Source: Okamejei kenojei (lineage: Eukaryota). Taken from it: DNA of 64,000 bases. Below, one piece after another: positions 24,205 to 38,111 of the stretch (positions are counted from its first letter, which is position 1; every line of letters begins with the position of its first letter). The DNA lies in assembly GCA_035221665.1 (NCBI GenBank), contig JAVHYY010000078.1, forward strand, positions 62,001-126,000, given 5' to 3'. The notes beneath the pieces were generated by a model, which saw only the letters and a program-made list of their open reading frames with translations, made no database searches and was not told the DNA's origin. The translations under genes were made by a program, and so were the position numbers.

Positions 24205-24484
24205 AGTTAGTGGCTTACAGTGCCATAAAACCAGATTCAATCCCGACTATGGGTGCTGGTCTGTACGGAGTTTGTATGTTCTCCCCATGACCTGCATGTG
24301 TTCTCTCCTCGATCTTCCATTTCCTCCCACACTCCAAAGACGTTCATGTTTGTAGGTTAATTGGCTTGGTATATATTTAAATGTCCCTAGCATGTGTAGG
24401 ATAGTGTTAGTGTGCGGGGATCACTGGTCGGTGCTGACTCGGTGGGCCGAAAGGCCTGTTTCCGCGCTGTATCTCTAAACTAAA
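24205..24484 (+). mobile_element. HE1-type tRNA-derived V-SINE
   Basis: B-box-like gattcaatccc; V-domain ggagtttgtatgttctcccc; 3' gggccgaaaggcctgtttcc...ctaaactaaa. Confidence 0.85.
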
Positions 24485-25261
24485 TGAATAAAATACAGAT
24501 TGAGATAAACAAGATGCCAAGATTACAATCCATCTTGTTCCGTGTAACGTATTAGCCAGAGAGTGTTATAATATCAATTAAAAAGTTTATGGTCAAGGCA
24601 TTCTTTTTTTGAGAGAGCTGGAGGAAACCATATCATATATGACCTGATGCAGGAAAATAAGTCTGACAGTACAGGAATGTTTGCAGGTTGAGATAAATAC
24701 CAGAGAAAAAGATTCAGATGCAGGCAACACATGGGAGTAATACAATGCCTCAAACAACATTATAAAATAAATCAATAAATACAGGTTAGATCCCAGGAGG
24801 AATCTGGAAAAATAGTCCAGGGCTGGCAGAGAAACCATTGCAGGAAATGTATTGGTAGTAGAAGGAATGGAACTAGGTCACCACAGTTCTATAGAGCTTG
24901 ATAAAAGAGGGGCATCTGAGGAGGATGGCACAATTGATCATGACAAATGACTTTAAATATCTGGAATATCAAAGCATGCCAAAGGACAATTTGCTGCTTT
25001 AAGCCATAACTGAGATTCAAATTGGTATTGATATTGGTTTATCATTGTCGCACGTACTGACATACAGTGAAAAACTACGTCTAGCATTTTATCCAGTAAA
25101 TTCATAGCATGTATGAGTATAATCGGTCCATACACGAGTCCAAAAGGTAGTGCAAAGAGAAAAATAACCAGAGTGCAGAATATAGTGCCACTGTGTTATT
25201 GTGTTGTAGATCCAGAGAAAGTGCAAGGGCCACTATGAGTAAGGCTGAGAGATCAGGGTAA

Positions 25262-25799
25262 AGGGGCTATCCCACTTGGGCGACCTAATTGGCGAGTTTA
25301 GAAGAGTTTGAAAAAAATGACATGTTGAAGACCTCCTTCGACTACGTAGAAGACCTCCTTCAACCTCCTTTGACTATGTTGAAGACCAGCTTCGACTAGC
25401 TATGACTAGCTTCAGGAAAATTGAACACCGAAGAGTGGCGAGTGAAGACGACCTCCTTCGATCCCCTTCGACCTACCTCCAACTATGATGAAAACTACTT
25501 ACGACTGCCTTCTACCTTCGATTACCTACAACTAACATGTCAACCTACTACGACCTTTACGAGTAAAAAAAGTATAGATATTTTCTATGGCGACCTTTGT
25601 TTTTACTCACGGGCATTTTTTAACATATTGAAAAAATGCCGCGACCTAGCTGAGGCCTCGAGTACGTGGAGACCACTCTCGAGCATGAAGGAGCATTACG
25701 AAGACTTCCTACGACCTCGTGTCGACCATGCTGCGAGTATGAGTCGAGGGCAAACTCACCAGAACTCGTGGATTAGGTCGCCTAAGTGGGACAGTCCCT
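25262..25799. mobile_element. PIF/Harbinger-type MITE
   Basis: aggggctatcccactt...aagtgggacagtccct, flanked by TAA/TTA; internal gacctccttcgac repeats. Sits within a minus-strand Rex-Babar fragment. Confidence 0.8.
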
Positions 25800-26597
25800 T
25801 TACAGTTCTAGTGTATGAGAAGTCCATAACAGCGGCAATGTAGCCTCTTTTGAATCTGATGGTTTGTTCTTTTGTATTCGTCTGCTTGATGGGAGAGGGG
25901 AGAAGAGTGAATGTGTGGAGTGTATTATGTTGATTATGATGGCTGCTTTTACAAGGCAATGTGATGTGTATATGGTGTTGATTCAGGGGAAGGCTAGTTT
26001 GTGTGATGGACTGGGCTGCATCCACAACTTTGCAACTTTTGTGGTCTGGGGCAGAGATTTCACAAACCATGTTGTGATGTATCCTGATAGGATGCTTTCC
26101 ACAAAGTTGGTAAAAGTCATTGCAGGCATGCCAAATTTCCTTGAAGATAGACACAAAATGCTGAAGTAACTCAGCGGGACAGGCAGCATTTGGAGAGAAC
26201 GAAAGGGTGATGTTTAGGGTCGAGACCCTTCTTCAGACGGGTCAAAATTTCCCCAAACTTCCTTTGTCTCCCGAGGAAGTGGTATGCTTTCTATCCCAGA
26301 GCATCAATATGATTAGACGGGGTTAGATCATTGGTAATATTTACGTCCAGCAACTTGCTGAGAAGAAATATGGTAGCAGCAAATGGCTGAAAATATCATT
26401 GAAGCAGCTGATTAGATAATCCCTTTCAAATGAAAATAAGAAATATTTAAAATGTTGGAAATCTGAGATAAAATAGAAAATGCTTGTCCGGAAGTATTTG
26501 TGGAAAGAGAAGCAGAGTTAGCATTTCAATTCATGCACTCATCATCAGAGCTATTGTGTTCCGATGATAGTCTCCGACTGGAAGCATGATTTCTGTT

Positions 26598-26904
26598 TTT
26601 AGTTTAGTATAGTTTAGTTTAGAGAAACGGTGCGGAAACAGACCCTTTGGCCCACCGAGTCCACGCCGACCAGTGATCCCCGCACACTAACACGATCCTA
26701 CACGCTGGGGACAATTTACAAATTTACCAAGCCAATTAGCCTACAAACCTGTACGTCTTTTGAGGTTGAGAGGAAACCAGAGCTCCCGGGGAAAACCCAC
26801 GTAGGTCACGAGGAGATCGTCAAACTCCGTACTGACGGCACCGTGTAGTCAAGATCGAACCCCGATCTCTGGCGCTGTGAGGCAGCAACTCTGCCGCTGT
26901 GCCA
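26598..26904 (-). mobile_element. HE1-type V-SINE
   Basis: Reverse complement of the 39549-39863 family; (tttag)n tail at the left. Confidence 0.88.
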
Positions 26905-27999
26905 TCTTTCTTTCAACAGCTGTTGCCTGATCTGTTGATTGTTTCCAGTATCTTCTATCTTTATTTCTTAATACCTTTCAGTGATGTTGGTTGAGACATA
27001 AATACTGGTCAGGCTATCAGAAGGACACAGCTGCCATTTACTGAGAAACCCCATGCTGTATTTCACACACAAATTAAGAGCAGGAGCAGATTATTCATTG
27101 AATGGTGGTGCTGGTTCGAAGGGCCGAATGGCCTATTCCTGCACCTAATTTCTATGTTTCTATGAGTCACTGCAAATGGTCCAGAAGGTTATTCATGTTT
27201 TTGCACCAGGATCTTCAAAGAAGTTTCTTCTGATATCTGCATATCAACATTCAAGACTGTTTGATAGAAAGTGAGCACTTCAGGAAAACTCAGCATTAAT
27301 AGGCCCACCCCTAAATGTCCTTTGAAAGGTCTCCTGATGGCCATCTTCTTCAACTGATTTAGCACATGGCATGCAAGGACCATCACAATGCTGTAAGGTA
27401 GGTAGTTCAGGATTTTGACCAATTGACAAGGATAAATAAGTAATCTATTTCTAAGGCATTATGTTGTATAACCTGGAGGGGAACCTCCTAAGGTGCTATT
27501 CTCATTTATTTTATGCTGTTAATGCTTTGGGACATTCAACAATTTGGATTTGGGAGGTGTTGTCAAACAGGCTTTGGCAAATTGCTGCAACATTCCTTGT
27601 AGGTGGTATTTTCTCATTCTGCAGATTAGAATGAATGAAAAACTGCTACCTTTAATTACATATAAACAATAATCTGTGATAGATTGTGAAATCTTTTCCT
27701 ATTATACTTGTTTAGAAATGTATAATAATGCTTTTATGATTACATTCATGAACATTTAACTTCAGTGTCTGGTTTAGAGCTGCAGTGCAGAAACAGGCCC
27801 TTCGGCCCACTGAGTCTGCACTGACCTGTGATCCCTGCACATTAACACTACCCAACACACTACAACCACTCGAGTTCTAATCTAACCTCTGCTTCTGTTT
27901 GCATGGATGTTACAGGTTTCTCTGTGACTGCATGGATTTGTCATGGGGCCTAGATTTCCTAGGTTGTTGGATAAATTGGCCATTGTATATTACTGCAAG

Positions 28000-28455
28000 A
28001 TGTCATTAAGCTGGAAAGAGTGCACAGAAGAGTTATGAGGATGAAGTTCCCGGTGGCCTGAACCATAAAGAGAGGTTGGGCAAGCCAGGACTATATTTTG
28101 GTTGGAACAGAAGGCTGATCTTATAGAGGTGTATAACATCACGAGGGGAATTGATAGGGTGAATGTACAGTCTTTTACCTAGGGTATGGGAATCAAGAAC
28201 TACAGGGGATAGGTTTAAGGTGATATGGGAAAGATTTAGTAGGAATCCTGTGGTTGCCCTTTTCATACAGAGGGTGGTGGATATATGAAACTAACTGCCA
28301 GACGAAGGAGTTGGGGCAGGTACAATAACATCATTTAAAAAAAACAATTCGACAGTTACATCCCTGGAAATGGTTTAGAGGGATATGGGCCAAATGCGCA
28401 TATGGCACATAGATGGAGCATCTTGATCAGTTATGGGCAAAGGCCCACTGATGTC
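28000..28455 (+). mobile_element. Degenerate CR1 3' fragment
   Basis: aagatgtcattaagctggaaagagtgcacagaagag...gatcttatagaggtgtataa...gagggatatgggccaaatgc. Confidence 0.7.
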
Positions 28456-28684
28456 CATGTAGACTACATCCATTACATTGCCCTCATCTATATATTTAGT
28501 TACGGGTTGAACACAGATTTTCCGGTAACCGCCCACCCCTATAGCCCGGGCAAAATTATGAGAGCTCAGTTGAAATTCCCTGAGCGTTGTGAGTGGTGAG
28601 CGCTCTTTCTGGTCGCATCCTACTGTTGTGAAAGAATCAACTGTGGTCTCAATCTTCCCTCCTAACAGTTTTGAAAAGACAATA

Positions 28685-29430
28685 CATTAACCCCTTGTTT
28701 TAACGACCCCTTCGAGTTTCACTGTACCTTAATTGGTACACGTGACAATAAAATATCTTTGAACAGACATGAAATATAGCGGACATACCTGCCGATCCAT
28801 CCCCGGCTCCCACCGTCTCCCTGGCTGATTGGAGCCCTGGATTCCTACTCCACTCCCGGCATGTGAGGTGCACCATGGAGCCCTTCTTAACCCACCGACA
28901 GGGCACAAAGTGCTGGAGTAATTCAGTGGGTCAGGATCTCAGGACAACTTGGACCTTTCCTCAGACTGAGTTACTCCAGCACGTAGTGTCGTTTCACTTT
29001 AAAACTAGGCACCGATGCCGCTGGTCTGCCCCAGCGCTCGCTTCTTCACTGGTTCACACGGCTGTTGTTGCGGCTCACATTGTAGCCCCCAGGGACAGTG
29101 CTTTCTTCGGGCCGCTGCCACCAGATCCCTGGAGCTCCCTCCCCTCTCACCAGCTGCCGCTTCCAAGGTGGAGTTTGTCAGTGACTCCGGGTGGGGAAGG
29201 AGAGGGCGGCAACCCGAAGTAAGTGATGTCGTCAGTGGCTGCAACGTGAGCCGCAATAACAGCCGTGTGAACTGGTGAAGAAAGGCTCGCTGGTGCATCG
29301 GGAGTAACTCAGCTGACTGAATCAGTCTGAGGAAGGGTCCCGATGTCACCTCTCCATGTTGTCCTGACCCTTTGAATTACTCCAGCACTTTGTTTCCTGT
29401 CGGTGGGTGCAGAAGGGCTCGCTGGTACAC
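28685..29430. mobile_element. Second, inverted copy of the pogo/Tigger-like element at 12995-13974
   Basis: 28685-28900 matches the reverse complement of 13810-13974 (atatagcggaca..cccaccgtctcc..gcccttctt.acccaccg). 29000-29150 matches 13258-13440. Confidence 0.65.
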
Positions 29431-30754
29431 CTTGCGTGCCATTCAGCCCTTCGAGCCAGCACCGCCATTCAATATGATCATGGCTGATCTTCCAAAATCA
29501 GTACCCCATTCCTGCCTTCTCGCCAAATCCCTTGATTCCCTCTGTGTGAAAAGGTTTTTCCTCATCTCCGTTCTAAATGGCTTACCCTTAATCTTAAACT
29601 GTGGCCCCTGGTCTGGTATTCCTTTAAGAACCAGCTTTTCATTGTGCTACGCTCACCTGGAACAGTGTTAATGAAACAGACTCTCTGGAGTGCGTCCCAG
29701 ATACAGTGCCGGCAACTCAACCAAGGCGAGCCCTTCTTTAAACTTTTTTGCACTCACCAAGCCTACCCTTACTGTCACGCTGACTCTCATAACCTTAACG
29801 ACACCCTGGTTCTGATATCACAATCGATCACTCATCAATCCCAACTAAGATAATTAAGCATGTTGATTTTTAATAATGACACAATTGTTCAAATAAAAAT
29901 AATGCTTTTAGATCTCAGTGCAAGTCTCAATTCACCATTGAAACACCAACCAATCTTTCCTTTCTCCCAGCCCAGACCAGGGCCCGAGCTCGGGAAAGCC
30001 CTTCCCGTCTGCCAAAGGCGGCACTACCAATTTTTTCTGTGGGACCCATGTGATTATTGGCAAGCTATACTCATACCTTCAGCATTTCACTGTGTGACAG
30101 GTAAATTTGTAGGCCTAGATGACAGAGTGCTCTTGCTCTAAAGCACCTTGCGCACCATGTTCCACTACTGTTTTGGAGATCCACATTTGACATATAATTG
30201 CGAGCAAGGAGAGAAGCCACAGGATTGATCGCTCATTGCAAACTATTGAATGATTGCAAAAGAACTCACAGGGTTAATGATTTTCATTGCATACTTTTTA
30301 ATTTTAGGAGGTTTTTGGAGAGGTGTTATATACAAGCGAAGGACATGAATGGAAAAGCTTTGTTGCTAGACAGTGGGAACAATACATCATCATCTCTGAA
30401 TAAGGGTTAGTGTTACATCCATGATTGCTGGGTGGAAGACAGATGGAGAAAAGATAAGTAGTTGTTGTAATAGGACTTATCCTTATAAAGATTTCTTTGC
30501 TAAATGGGAACCCACACAATCAGATATCTTTGGCAGCAGTGCTATGAAAAGATGGCTGGTTCAGAATTAGCTAATGGCAGGTCCATGTTGGAACAGCACG
30601 ATCTGTTTTCCTGGGCAATGTTGCATGAAAGGGGATTGATGACATTTTATGCAACAACACAAGAGTGATTTACAATGGTTCATGCGTGGTTGAATTTCAG
30701 CAGTGCTGCAATTCAATTTAGAATAGATTTTGCTGCAGGCAATCCTGTGCCCGC

Positions 30755-31008
30755 AGGCAACTGAATCATCCTATCACAACCAGAGAGCAGTGCAGAACTA
30801 CTATCTACCTCATTGGTGACCCTCGCACTATCCTTGTTTGGACTTTGCTGGCTTTGCCTTGCGATAAACATTATTTCCCTTATCATATATCTATACACTG
30901 TAAATGACTCGATTGTAATCATGTATTGTCTTTCTGCTGACTGGATAGCAGCAACAAAAGCTTTTCACTGTACCTCGGTACACGTGACAATAAACTAAAC
31001 TGAACTGA
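30755..31008 (+). mobile_element. Rex-Babar-type LINE 3' UTR
   Basis: aggcaactgaatcatcct...ggtacacgtgacaataaactaaactgaactga; same family as 36330-36706. Confidence 0.8.
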
Positions 31009-33358
31009 GCTATTGTGTATAGGATTGAATTGCATTGAATGAAGTAGACATTTGAATTTCCAGACCAGTGTGCTTCAAATGTTCTTCCAAACTATATCAC
31101 TATTACACCAGTATTATATTTCTCATGCCTAACATCAGCCACCCTGATTTCCCCCAGTGCGAAATGAGAATTGTGAATAATTTTATGGGTCTGATCGTAC
31201 TTTCCCAAGAATTGGGTTTAATTTGGGCAGACTAATTCCATACAGGATTGACACTGATGGGAAAGATGGCCACTTTCATCTCAGTTTCCTGTGGGGTTAA
31301 GTGCAGGTTCTAAAAGCAAATGGGGAATTTGTAAATTAACGGCATCACTGACAATTCCTGTAACTATCTTTTAAATTGTATTTATCTTGGACCGAAACAC
31401 AGCATTTGGTTTAAAATCTTTAGAACTACTGGGTTAATGTAATCAGGGGCTACTTAATATCCTGGATACTTAAGTATAATGAAGCTCCATATATCCCAAT
31501 CATATGACTTCAAAGATAGGGTACATCATTTGCAATAACAGTCCTGAGGGAACACTTTGCTTCATGGTTCAATCAATTATCATTGTTTCCTTTTGAGTGT
31601 GAAGTTAAGGGAGCGGTATGCAATTTTAAAGAAGACAATCATTTATTAGATAGCACAAAAAGCTGGAGTAACTCAGCAGGACAGGCAGAATCTCTGGAGA
31701 GAAGGAATGGGTGTACAGTATATTCAGTTAATTTGACTTCATATATGCATGAGGAACATATAAAAAATGCAGTGATGTAAAAATGTTATTTATATACAGA
31801 TGTATTAACCATCATATGTGCTAATTTTGCAAAGAACTTCCATCTAAATTAACAATGTTTTAAATTACCTCCTAAAATTAAAAATATTTCTACATTCATA
31901 TCATATCATCACATTGTTTGGCTTTTGGCTTTAGGTGTGCTGTATTTACCATAATAACGGTAGCAGCTCATTTCATATACGGACTATTGTCATAAATTGC
32001 CTACAAAGCATTGGTTGACAAAACATCAAATCAATGCTAACTGAGAGGACATAAAATTGAGGAATAGTTCAAAAACGACCTCACCAAAATGCAAGCCAAA
32101 CTGATCAAATCAAATATAATATTTGTGCTTCTGTAGGTTTGAGATAATTTATTGCGGAAAATTCATTCCCTATAAATGATAACCTACGCTTAAAACTGGA
32201 GCAATAAGTGTTCCCTTCCTACCAAGTTTATATCAAATTCACAGTCGGCCAATATTTGATTTATTTAATTTTTAAAAATATTTTACAGCACAGAAACAGA
32301 CTCTTCTACCCAACTTATCCATGCCGAACAAGTTGCTTTACTGAGCTAATCCCACTTGCCTACTCCTAGTCCATATTCCTCCAAACCTTTCCTAAGCATG
32401 TATCTGAGCCTTTTTTAATGTTGTAATTATACATCCTCTACCACTTCCTCAGGCAGCTCATTTCATATACGGACCATTCTTTGTGTGAAGAGGTTGCCCC
32501 TCAGATCCCTTTAAAATCACTCCTCTCTCACCTTAATCCTATAGCCACTAGTTTTGGACTTCCTTACCCTGGGGAAAAGACTGGTTATTCACTTTATCTA
32601 TACAGACTGTGGCTATTCACCTTATCTGTGCTTCCAAACCATATTCCTGGAAGAAATGTTCAGCGGCAGCTCTGTTTGTCCTTATCAGGTCAAGTCAGCT
32701 GCAGGAAGGATTCTAGCCTTGTTAATTAAATATGCTAATTTCTGTCAACTTACTTTTTGTAGTTATCAGTAAAGCCCCTGAATAATCCAGGGAAAATGCC
32801 AATTTTAATTAAGTGGAACAATTGTACTGCGTTACTTCCAATTGGACCTAAATTTAGACACAATATGCAATTGGTGCACCAGTGATTCACATTTTTTTCT
32901 CTCCTAATTTTAACCCTTTTATTAACTGATCTATTTCTTCATGGAATTCAGTTTACAAATTGCCATTCATTTTGCTTGATCTAATGAACTAATAACAGAA
33001 AATATTTTGGGTTCCATATGTTTGTTAAATGTTCGATATATAGTCACACAACTGTTCACAGATAGTGGGAATGTATATGGCAGTAATCAGTGCACAGATT
33101 CTTGCGATTATCCAGTAAAATAAAAAAATAAATAAAATATACATTCAAATTAGACATTGAGCTAGGGCTATTGGTCCCTTGATGCTATTTTGTGCACGAT
33201 AAAAGATCAAGCATTTTTTTAAAGTGAATAAATGTGGAACAGTAGAATGAAGACTCGCTTGCCCTTGATTGTCCAATAATGAGTTACTTTGACAGGCTCT
33301 ATCATTCATTCTCCAATTTAGTGATTTCCCAAACTGGAAAGTAAAATATGCTACTCAC

Positions 33359-33482
33359 AGCTTGACAGATGATAGGGTATTTTGTGCGATTGATCCCTCC
33401 AGCGTAGACAGCACAAGTGAGGGCAATGTGGAAACAGAAATTCAGCAGCATATGCCAGCCTTTCCTGCTAATGCGGATGGTG
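33359..33482 (-). CDS. ADGRA1: ADGRA1 coding exon (ICL1-TM2-ECL1)
   Basis: ttctcacag|CACCATCCGC...CAAGCT|gtgagt. 124 bp; its first base completes the AG|C Ser codon of the previous exon. Translates (S)[41 protein letters not shown] (ORF 33302..33517 -). Confidence 0.95.
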
Positions 33483-35139
33483 CTGTGAGAAGAGAAACAT
33501 TTGTAATGCAGATACATTTATACCTTTGTCAAAATCGGAGAAATACAATGGGTGTTTTAATGCTAAATGCACAGGCAGTTGATCACATTGTCCTTTCTAG
33601 CAGGAATAGATGATCAGGTTCACTGTCCTTGAAAAGAAAACCTGCTTGCAATTAATAATTCTTGTCACAAAGATGAAATGCACCATGAGAAATCATCTTG
33701 TAAGCCAGTCTCCATCCCATTGCATTCACTGTGGTTAACTGTTAGACACAAAATAATCTGAGGATTTTAAGAATTGTTTAATTCACCAATTAATGGACTT
33801 CCTCCAGAAGTTTTGAGTTGAGGAATACATAATCAGTAACTATTGATTAACCAGGGTTTGAAATATTTGTATTTCACTGATTACAGGGAAGCAGCATAGC
33901 CATTTAACAATCTACAAATATGTAAAAACAAAAGTTAAAAAAAAACTGTATTTGCATACTGTTGTACGCACGAAAATATCTTCTGAAAATGTCTCTGCCG
34001 TAAAGCAGAGTAAAATTGAATATTTGATAGTTATAACTTTACAGTTGTATTTGATGTTAAATTCAATGAACAGGACAGCCACCGCTCATTCAATGTTCTT
34101 GAAAGCAGCATGTATCTCAAAAAATCGTAAATTAAACATGTGTTTGCCAGAAGAATGTATGCAAATGGTACAGGTTAGGGGAATAGTCATAATACTGTCT
34201 ACATCACACAATAAATAGTTCATTTATGGCTGCTATTAATATTTTACCATACTCCTTAACATGAAAAAAAACGGTTAATAAAGAAAAAAAAGCAACAGTA
34301 AAGACATTTTAAATGAACATTATGCATTCCTTTTCTCCAGAGATGCTGCCTGTCACGCTGAGTTACTCCAGCATTTTGCGTATACCTATTTTGCATTTAA
34401 AATCTCTTTTTGAATTTCAAGGCTAACATTTACATTGATGACAGCTTGCCCAAGAAGGCATAGATGAGGGGTTAGGTCATAAGTGATAGGAGCAGAATTA
34501 GGCCATTCGGCCCATTGAGTTTACTCTGCCATTTTATCATGGCGGATCTATCTCTCCCTCCTAATTCCATTCTCCTGCCTTCTCCCCATAACCCCTGACA
34601 CCAGTATTTATTAAGAATCTATCTATCACTGCCTTAAAAATATCCTTTGTGGCAAAGAATTCCACAGATTGAGGAGGGAGGCTGCTGGGAGTGGAGGTCT
34701 CAGTAACAAAGCAAATATGTAGCATACAAAAATGGAGAGAGTGGTAAGTGGCAGCTTGCTGTACAGCATCACTGTTGTACTGTACAGTATCTTTCCAAGC
34801 ATCACACGCAACTATGCCGCCAGGCATAATTCTGAGCGCATTAGTTCAAAAATACCAGCATGTAAATTAGTCTCTGATTAATTAAACAAGTGCATTATTC
34901 CAAAAATGCATAAATCAAACACGCATAAAACCTGAGGTGGCTGTATAGTGGTGTCAAATTAACCCATCACATCTATGTCATATCTTTGTGATGCCGCTCT
35001 CCAATTTCCTTTTCTATCTCGCTACAGTATTTCTCCCCCTACACTTATTCATTTGAAATCTATCACCATCTAGCAAAGCCCCTCAGTGCAATCAAACTCC
35101 AATTCATGCTCCCACTCATTCTTTTACCAGTCACCTGAA

Positions 35140-35465
35140 ACATGTAGAAACTGTAGATGCTCGTTTACAAAAAGGGCACAAAGTGCTGGAGTAACTCAAT
35201 GGGTAAGGCAGTATCCCTGGAGAATATGGATACGTGATGTTTTGTCTCAGGTCACCTTCCCAGAAGAGTCCCAACCCGAAACATCACCTGAAGAAGGATT
35301 TCAGCCCGAAACGTTGCCTATTTCCTTCGCTCCACCCGCTGAGTTTCTCCAGCACTTTTGCCTACCTTCGATTTTCCAGCATCTGCAGTTCCTTCTTAAA
35401 CACATCACCTACCATGTTCTCCAGGATGCTGCCTGACCTGCTGAGTTGCTCCAGCACTTTATTGC
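35140..35465. mobile_element. Cluster of hammerhead-motif PLE-terminus repeats in inverted and nested arrangement
   Basis: Minus copy 35140-35260, then plus copies including ctgaagaaggatttcagcccgaaacgttgcc (35288-35318). Confidence 0.7.
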
Positions 35466-36329
35466 CTTCAATATATGCTCACAGTTTTCTACAGTTTGAT
35501 TTAGTCACTCGAAAGAGGTTTGATGTATTTGCTCTGACCATTTCATGAACATTTTAACAGCTTTTATTTTAAGCTTTGCTTGAAAGGCAACCCTCAATTT
35601 CTCTGCTCTAAAAGGAACAGCCTGGCATGTTTGTCCAGCAGGTAGCTGTGCTGCCTCACAACTCCAGGATCCTGACACCGATGCTGTGAGGAGTTTGCCC
35701 ATTCTCCATGTGACTGTGAAGGTTTATTTCCATATCTTAACGGCATGCTGGTAGGTTAATTAGCTACTGTAAATTACCCCTTAGAACAAGCATGTGAAAA
35801 AAAAATCCAAAGAGAGCTGATATGACGTATGAGAAAGAATAACTTGCAGAGATTCAGTCAAATTAAAAGATAAAATAGGGCAGGGGATTGATGCTGGGAG
35901 CTTGCATGGAGATTGAAAACTGGAAAAGAGAAGTAGTTAGTCTTTTTTGCAGCGTTCGCCCCGCTAATCCAAGAGTCTGAAGAATGCTCCCGGCCCAAAA
36001 TGACGACTGTCCACTTCCTTCCACAGATGTTGCCTGATCCACTGAGTTACTTCAGCACTTTGTGCTTCTCTGAAGATTCCAGCAAATGCAATCGTTTGTG
36101 TCAGCATATGAGCCCCTGTGTCTTCTGTGGGTTAGCTGGGAGGTAATGCGAGTCATCAAATGAAGGTTAGTTGATGAATGCGACGTACCTCGAGTTAAGA
36201 TGGCGGTGGTGGTGGGCAGGAAGGTGCTGAGGGCAGGGGGTGGACAGTGGCCAGCAGCATTTTGAATGACTTGAGATCTTGGAGGGAAGGTTGATGAAGG
36301 GAAGCCAGGAGACCACGGGAACCTCTGTT

Positions 36330-36706
36330 AATATCTCACGCTGCCTAGGCAAGGCCAGCAGCATAATCAAGGATGAATCACACCTTGGACACTCCCTCAA
36401 AAGGTATAGGTGTGAAAACGCACATGTCAAGATTCAGGGACAGTTTCTTCCCAGGCAACTGAATCACCCTACCACAACCAGAGAGCAGTGCTGAACTACT
36501 ATCTACCTCATTGGTGACCCTCAGTCTATCCTTGATCGGACTTTGGTGGCTTTACCTTGCACTGAACGTTATTCCCTTATCATGTATCTATACACTGTAA
36601 ATGGTTCGATTGTAATCATGTATTGTCTTTCTGCTGACTGGTTAGCACGTAACAAAAGCTTTTCACTATACCTCGGTACATGTGACAATAAACTAAACTG
36701 AACTGA
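36330..36706 (+). mobile_element. Rex-Babar-type LINE 3' end
   Basis: ISRCLGKASSIIKDESHLGHSL followed by the family 3' UTR and an aactg tail. Confidence 0.8.
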
Positions 36707-37379
36707 GTCAAGACCAATGGTAATAAAGTTTGTATAAAAATTGTATAGGTAAAGGTAATAAAGTTTGTATAAAAAAGGTAATAAAATTTGTATAAAAATG
36801 AGAGGATGTGATGTGCTGGAAGGCAGGTGACCTTATATGATGGACGTTAGTGATAGCATGGATATATGGCCCAAAGCGTCTGTTCAGCTTTCAGACAGTG
36901 TCCAACGGGAGGGATTACTTGGACATAGAGTTTGTGCCAGGGACTGAAGATCCTAGTGGTTAGCTGGCAGAAATGTATGCTTGTCCATTATCAGACATTG
37001 GACAAGTAATCTGATCATTTATATGCAGTGGTGAGGTTATGAGAAGTATAGCTACCTGTTAAAATACACCTTTCCTATGTTTAACTTTATAGATAACACT
37101 GTAATCCGCAATCCTTCACTTGTCGTCTTGAACATTATACCATTTTCCCCTCTCCTTCCAGGTTGTTGCTACCTTCAGATTTCAAAAGTAATATCTTTCC
37201 CCACCATCCCAATTCAAGTCACAGTGATGAACCTGCATCAGAATCAGCAATTGTTCCAACACTGGAACATCACCAAAAACCTCCCTCAAATCTGAAAAAC
37301 AACCATTCTATCACTCAACTATTTTTTCATTCATCAGATTTATTATTGCTAAGAATTCTATTATGTTACACTACATCAA

Positions 37380-37684
37380 GCGGCACGGCGGGACAGCAGT
37401 AGAATTGCTGCCTTACAGTGCCAGAGACCCAGGTTCGATCCTGACTATGTGTGCTCTCTTTAAGGAGTTTGTACGTTCTCCCTGTGACTGCGTGGGTTTT
37501 CACTGGGTGCTCAGATTTCCTCCCGCACTTTAAAAACGTGCAGGTTTGTAAGTTAATTGGCTTTGCTAAAATTGTAAATTGTCACTAGTGTGCAGGATAG
37601 TGCTAGTGTATTGCTGGTCAGCACAACCTCGGTGTGCCCAAAGGCCACATGTCCAGGCTGTATGTCTTCGGTCTAAAATCTAAA
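37380..37684 (+). mobile_element. HE1-type V-SINE
   Basis: tRNA-like head gcggcacgg...ggttcgatcc, V-domain, ctaaa tail. Confidence 0.85.
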
Positions 37685-38032
37685 TAACACTCGCCTTGAA
37701 AATATTTACATGCAACACCATTTACATTGCCCTTATACACCCCCCATTTTACCCCGTCAATAATCCCTTGGATACCAGTTATACAAAATCATTTTACCCG
37801 TAACAAATTTTTGGTGGCTCTTTAATTACTCCATCTTTGTCGAAGCAGATGTGAATATTTATTTGCAAGAGCTTCAACACCACCAGCATGTAACTGACAG
37901 AAAGGAAATGATCGGCTTTATTCACCTCTAGGTCAAGCTTGTGATGTTCGAAATTCTCCTGTTCACTGACACCACACGTGTGTCAAAGAAAGATTGATAG
38001 GTAATTTGAATTTTGGGGACATGGTTCAGAAT

Positions 38033-38111
38033 GAGCAATATTTGTACCACACCCATTAGTGCAACAAGGTATAGAGCAATATTTGTACCACACCCATTAG
38101 TGCAACAAGGT
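38033..38111. repeat. Perfect 38-bp direct duplication
   Basis: gagcaatatttgtaccacacccattagtgcaacaaggt at 38033-38070 and 38074-38111, separated by ata. Confidence 0.9.

Noticed and set aside
33362-33613. Plus-strand 83-aa ORF (likewise 5509-5697 and 46330-46557)
   Set aside because: These are antisense shadows of the real minus-strand ADGRA1 exons.
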